Assembly: GCA_002937555.1 (NCBI GenBank)
Contig: PTKB01000002.1
Coordinates: forward strand, 1 to 36,777
Origin: Alphaproteobacteria bacterium MarineAlpha10_Bin2
GTDB taxonomy: Bacteria; Pseudomonadota; Alphaproteobacteria; UBA828
Length of the DNA: 36,777 nt
Reading direction: 5' to 3'
Below are positions 34,263 to 36,777 of the stretch, piece by piece. Position 1 is the stretch's first letter; each line of letters starts with the position of its first letter. The notes under the pieces were generated by a model. It had not been told where the DNA came from, did not search any database, and worked only from the letters and a program-made list of their open reading frames with translations. Made by a program: the position numbers and the translations under genes.

Positions 34263-34951
34263 GTCACGATTACGGTTACGGCCTGATTGACGCCTATGCT
34301 GCAGTCAGATTGGCCGAGACTTGGGATCTGACGAGCACGCAAGCGAATCTGAATTCGCTAAGCGCCAGTTCCTCGCCATCGCTCGTCATAGCGGACCATG
34401 CGACGATCACCGATACGATCACCATTTCTTCAGGCCTTCGAATCGATCACATCGAAGTCGATCTCGACCTCTCTCACACTTGGATTGGCGATCTCGTCGT
34501 TTCTCTCACATCGCCCGATGATACCACCAGCGTTTTGGTAAATCGGCCGGGGGTTAATCCTTTCAGTATTTGGGGCACGGGCCAGGATGATATCGATTTT
34601 ACGCTTTCCAGCACTCATAGCTGGGGTGAAGCCGGAGCCGGAACGTGGACGCTAAGTGTCACTGACTTTGAAACCGGCGATCAGGGCATTCTTAACAATT
34701 GGACGCTGCGTCTGCTGGGTGATGCGATCAATAACGACGACACATACATCTACACAGATGAGTTCGGCGCGTTCACCGGTGCCGGCGACGCCGCCCGCCG
34801 CGTGCTGAGCGATTCCGATGGTACAGATACGCTGAATGCGGCAGCCGTGAGCGCCGATTCGACCATCGACCTCAACCCGGGCGCCAATGGCACAATAGCC
34901 GGAAACAGTTTGACCATCGCTTCCGAAACCGTGATTGAGAACGCGTATGCC

Positions 34952-35128
34952 GGTGATGGCAACGACCAGTTGACCGGCAATTCCTTTGACAACAGCCTCC
35001 ATGGCGGGCGCGGCGACGATATCCTCTCAGGCGGTGGCGGCAACGACTATCTGTTGGGCGGGAGTGGCGACGACGTCCTCTCAGGCGGCACGGGCAACGA
35101 CTATTTCGATGCCGGCAGCGGTGCGAAT
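34952..35128 (+). repeat. RTX (hemolysin-type Ca-binding) nonapeptide repeat block, about 6 units of 27 nt
   Basis: Consecutive GGxGxDxxx units are in frame: GDGNDQLTG/NSFDNSLHG/GRGDDILSG/GGGNDYLLG/GSGDDVLSG/GTGNDYFDA/GSGAN. The preceding DTLNAAAVSADSTIDLNPG...IENAYAG resembles the serralysin-type RTX lead-in. Confidence 0.85.
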
Positions 35129-35437
35129 AGATTCCTCATCGGCGCCGGTGAGGCCGACGACACAATCTGGGTCGAGAATAACTCTCTCAGCATCGATGTC
35201 CTTCAATTTGGTGGCGGCATTGGGCTTAGCGATGTCGGCTTCAGTCAAAGCAATAATGATTTGACCATCACGCTTTCCGAGGCACATGGCGGAGGAGCGG
35301 TCACCGTGTCTGGCTTCTTCGCCGCCGGCGGTGGCCAGCGCATCGATACGATCGAATTTGATGCTGATGCAACGACACTGAACGTCTCCAACTATTCGCA
35401 ATTGAGCGATTTTCTGCAGCCCGCCCTGAATCAGTCG

Positions 35438-36777
35438 CCGACCGTGATCGACCAGGGTTTTGTAGTTGCTGAGAACACCGCTTTGGGCACGGTCGTGGGG
35501 ACGGTCTCGGCGAGTGACCCGGATGCGGGCGATGTTTTGAGCTACGCGATCACGGCGGGCAACGAAAGTGGTGCATTCTCGATTGACGCCGGCACGGGCC
35601 AGATGACGGTTGAGGGCGCGCTCGATTTTGAAGAATTGAACAGCTACACGCTCACCGTCCAAGTCACCGATGGCGGCCTATTGTCGGACAGCGCCGCAGT
35701 GAGCATCGATCTAACGGATGTCAACGAAGCACCGACGCTCGGCGACCAGGGTTTCGCGGTTGCTGAGAACGTGGCTTTGGGCACGGTGGTGGGCACGGTC
35801 GCGTCGAGCGACCCGGATGCCGGCGACGCACTAAGCTATGCTATCGCGTCCGGCAGTGAAGGCGGCGCCTTCGCGATTGATGCTGGCACGGGCGAGATCA
35901 CGGTCCAGGGCGCGCTCGATTATGAAGGTCAGAGCAGCTACGCGCTCACCGTCGAGGTGACTGATGGCGGCTTGCTGTCGGACAGTGCTGTGGTGAGCAT
36001 TGACCTGACCGACATCAACGAAACGCCGACAGTTGGCGATCAGGGCTTCTCAATCGACGAGAACACCGTCGTAGGCACGGTTGTGGGTGTGGTTACGGCA
36101 AGCGACCCGGATGCCGGCGACGCGCTGAGCTACGCGATCTCGGCGGGCAATGAAGGCGGCGCCTTCGCCATCGACGCCGGCACGGGCGAGATCACGGTCC
36201 AAGGCGCGCTCGATTTCGAGGGTCTGAACACATTTGCACTAACGGTCAGCGTGACCGATGGCGGCCTGCTGTCGGACAGTGCTGTGGTGAACATCGACCT
36301 GGCCGACATCAACGAAGTACCGAGGGTGGGCGACCAGGGGTTCTCAATCGATGAAAACACCGCCGCAGGCACGGTTGTGGGCACGGTCGCGGCGAGCGAC
36401 CCGGATGCCGGCGATGCACTGAGCTATGCCATCGCGTCCGGCAATGAAGGCGGCACGTTCGCGATTGATGCCGGCAGCGGCGAGATCACGGTGCAAGGCG
36501 CGCTCGATTTCGAGGGGCTGAACAGTTACGCGCTCACCGTCCAGGTAACCGATGGCGGGCTGTTGTCTGATAGCGCCGCGGTGAGCATTGACCTGACCGA
36601 CATCAACGAAGCACCGACGGTGGGCGACCAGGGCTTTGCTGTCGATGAAAATGCTGCCTTGGGCACAGTGGTCGGCACGGTTGGTGCGGGTTATCCGGAT
36701 GCGGGCGATGCACTGAGCTACGCGATCTCGGTGGGCAATGAAGGCGACGCCTTCGCCATCGACGCAATCACGGGCGA
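35438..36777 (+). repeat. Tandem 294-bp (98-aa) coding repeats encoding cadherin-like domains; 4 full copies plus 1 partial, truncated by the window end
   Basis: Unit starts (CCG of the 'P-T/R-x-GDQGF' linker) fall at 35438, 35732, 36026, 36320 and 36614, an exact 294-bp period. Each unit carries DPDAGD.LSYAI, IDAGTGEITVQGALD(F/Y)E, TVxVTDGGLLSDSA and D(I/V)NE(A/T/V)P. The copies are clearly similar at DNA level, roughly 80% by eye. Confidence 0.9.

Larger units (their letters stand above)
34256..36777 (+). pseudogene. 3' continuation (shifted frame, open to the window end): proprotein-convertase P-domain, RTX nonapeptide repeats, HCBP-related domain, at least 4.5 cadherin-like repeats
   Basis: I translated this by hand with no stop from 34256 to 36777: HVSHDYGYGLIDAYAAVRLAE...; P-domain (IDHIEVDLDLSHTWIGDLVVSLTSPDDT...GTWTLSVTDFETGDQGILNNWTLRLLG); GDGNDQLTG NSFDNSLHG GRGDDILSG GGGNDYLLG GSGDDVLSG GTGNDYFDA; then repeated ...DPDAGDALSYAI...LDFEG...DINEAP units. 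It is not listed in the ORF track because no stop falls within the window. Confidence 0.85.

Noticed and set aside
35438-36777. Regular repeats as a possible CRISPR array or non-coding satellite.
   Set aside because: The period is 294 bp with no short-repeat/unique-spacer structure. The whole array keeps one open reading frame encoding cadherin-like domains.

Overview
GC-rich bacterial chromosomal segment. The gene content and IS type suggest a proteobacterium, possibly an alphaproteobacterium, but this is inference only. I count about 33 protein-coding units and saw no rRNA, tRNA or CRISPR by eye. The window reads as an accessory metabolic island with clear signs of gene decay.

Content from left to right:
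- The end of an IS3-family element, abutting a decayed LuxR-type HTH gene.
- A translationally coupled hydantoinase-like/DUF917 pair.
- A chimeric remnant: an ABC-permease N-terminus fused to a hydantoin-racemase C-terminus.
- A quinone-oxidoreductase-like MDR, a class-III aminotransferase and a convergent benzoylformate-decarboxylase-like ThDP enzyme.
- A small exported protein, then an LLM oxidoreductase plus PhyH dioxygenase.
- A frameshifted OmpA-like lipoprotein and an orphan CheY-like receiver.
- A VOC protein plus a Cys-rich Fe-S protein.
- A lower-GC patch of ORFans.
- A penicillin-acylase-family lipoprotein.
- A NmrA-like/HisD-like/PuuE operon.
- An SLC13/DASS transporter.
- An SDR plus two tandem PaaK-like adenylate-forming paralogues. 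These are divergent from a coupled HyuA/HyuB pair, which is followed by two head-to-head acetoacetate-decarboxylase-family genes.
- A giant kexin-like S8 protease/P-domain/RTX/cadherin-repeat protein. It is frameshifted near 34255, and its 2.5-kb downstream part runs off the window and is missing from the supplied ORF track.

The best candidate for an undescribed system is the 21.7-32.6 kb block (DASS transporter, SDR, 2x PaaK-like ligase, HyuAB-type ATP-dependent enzyme, 2x ADC-fold proteins). I cannot map it to a named pathway. The second candidate is the frameshifted S8-RTX-cadherin surface/secreted protein. All functional calls come from motif recognition by eye; no database search was run.
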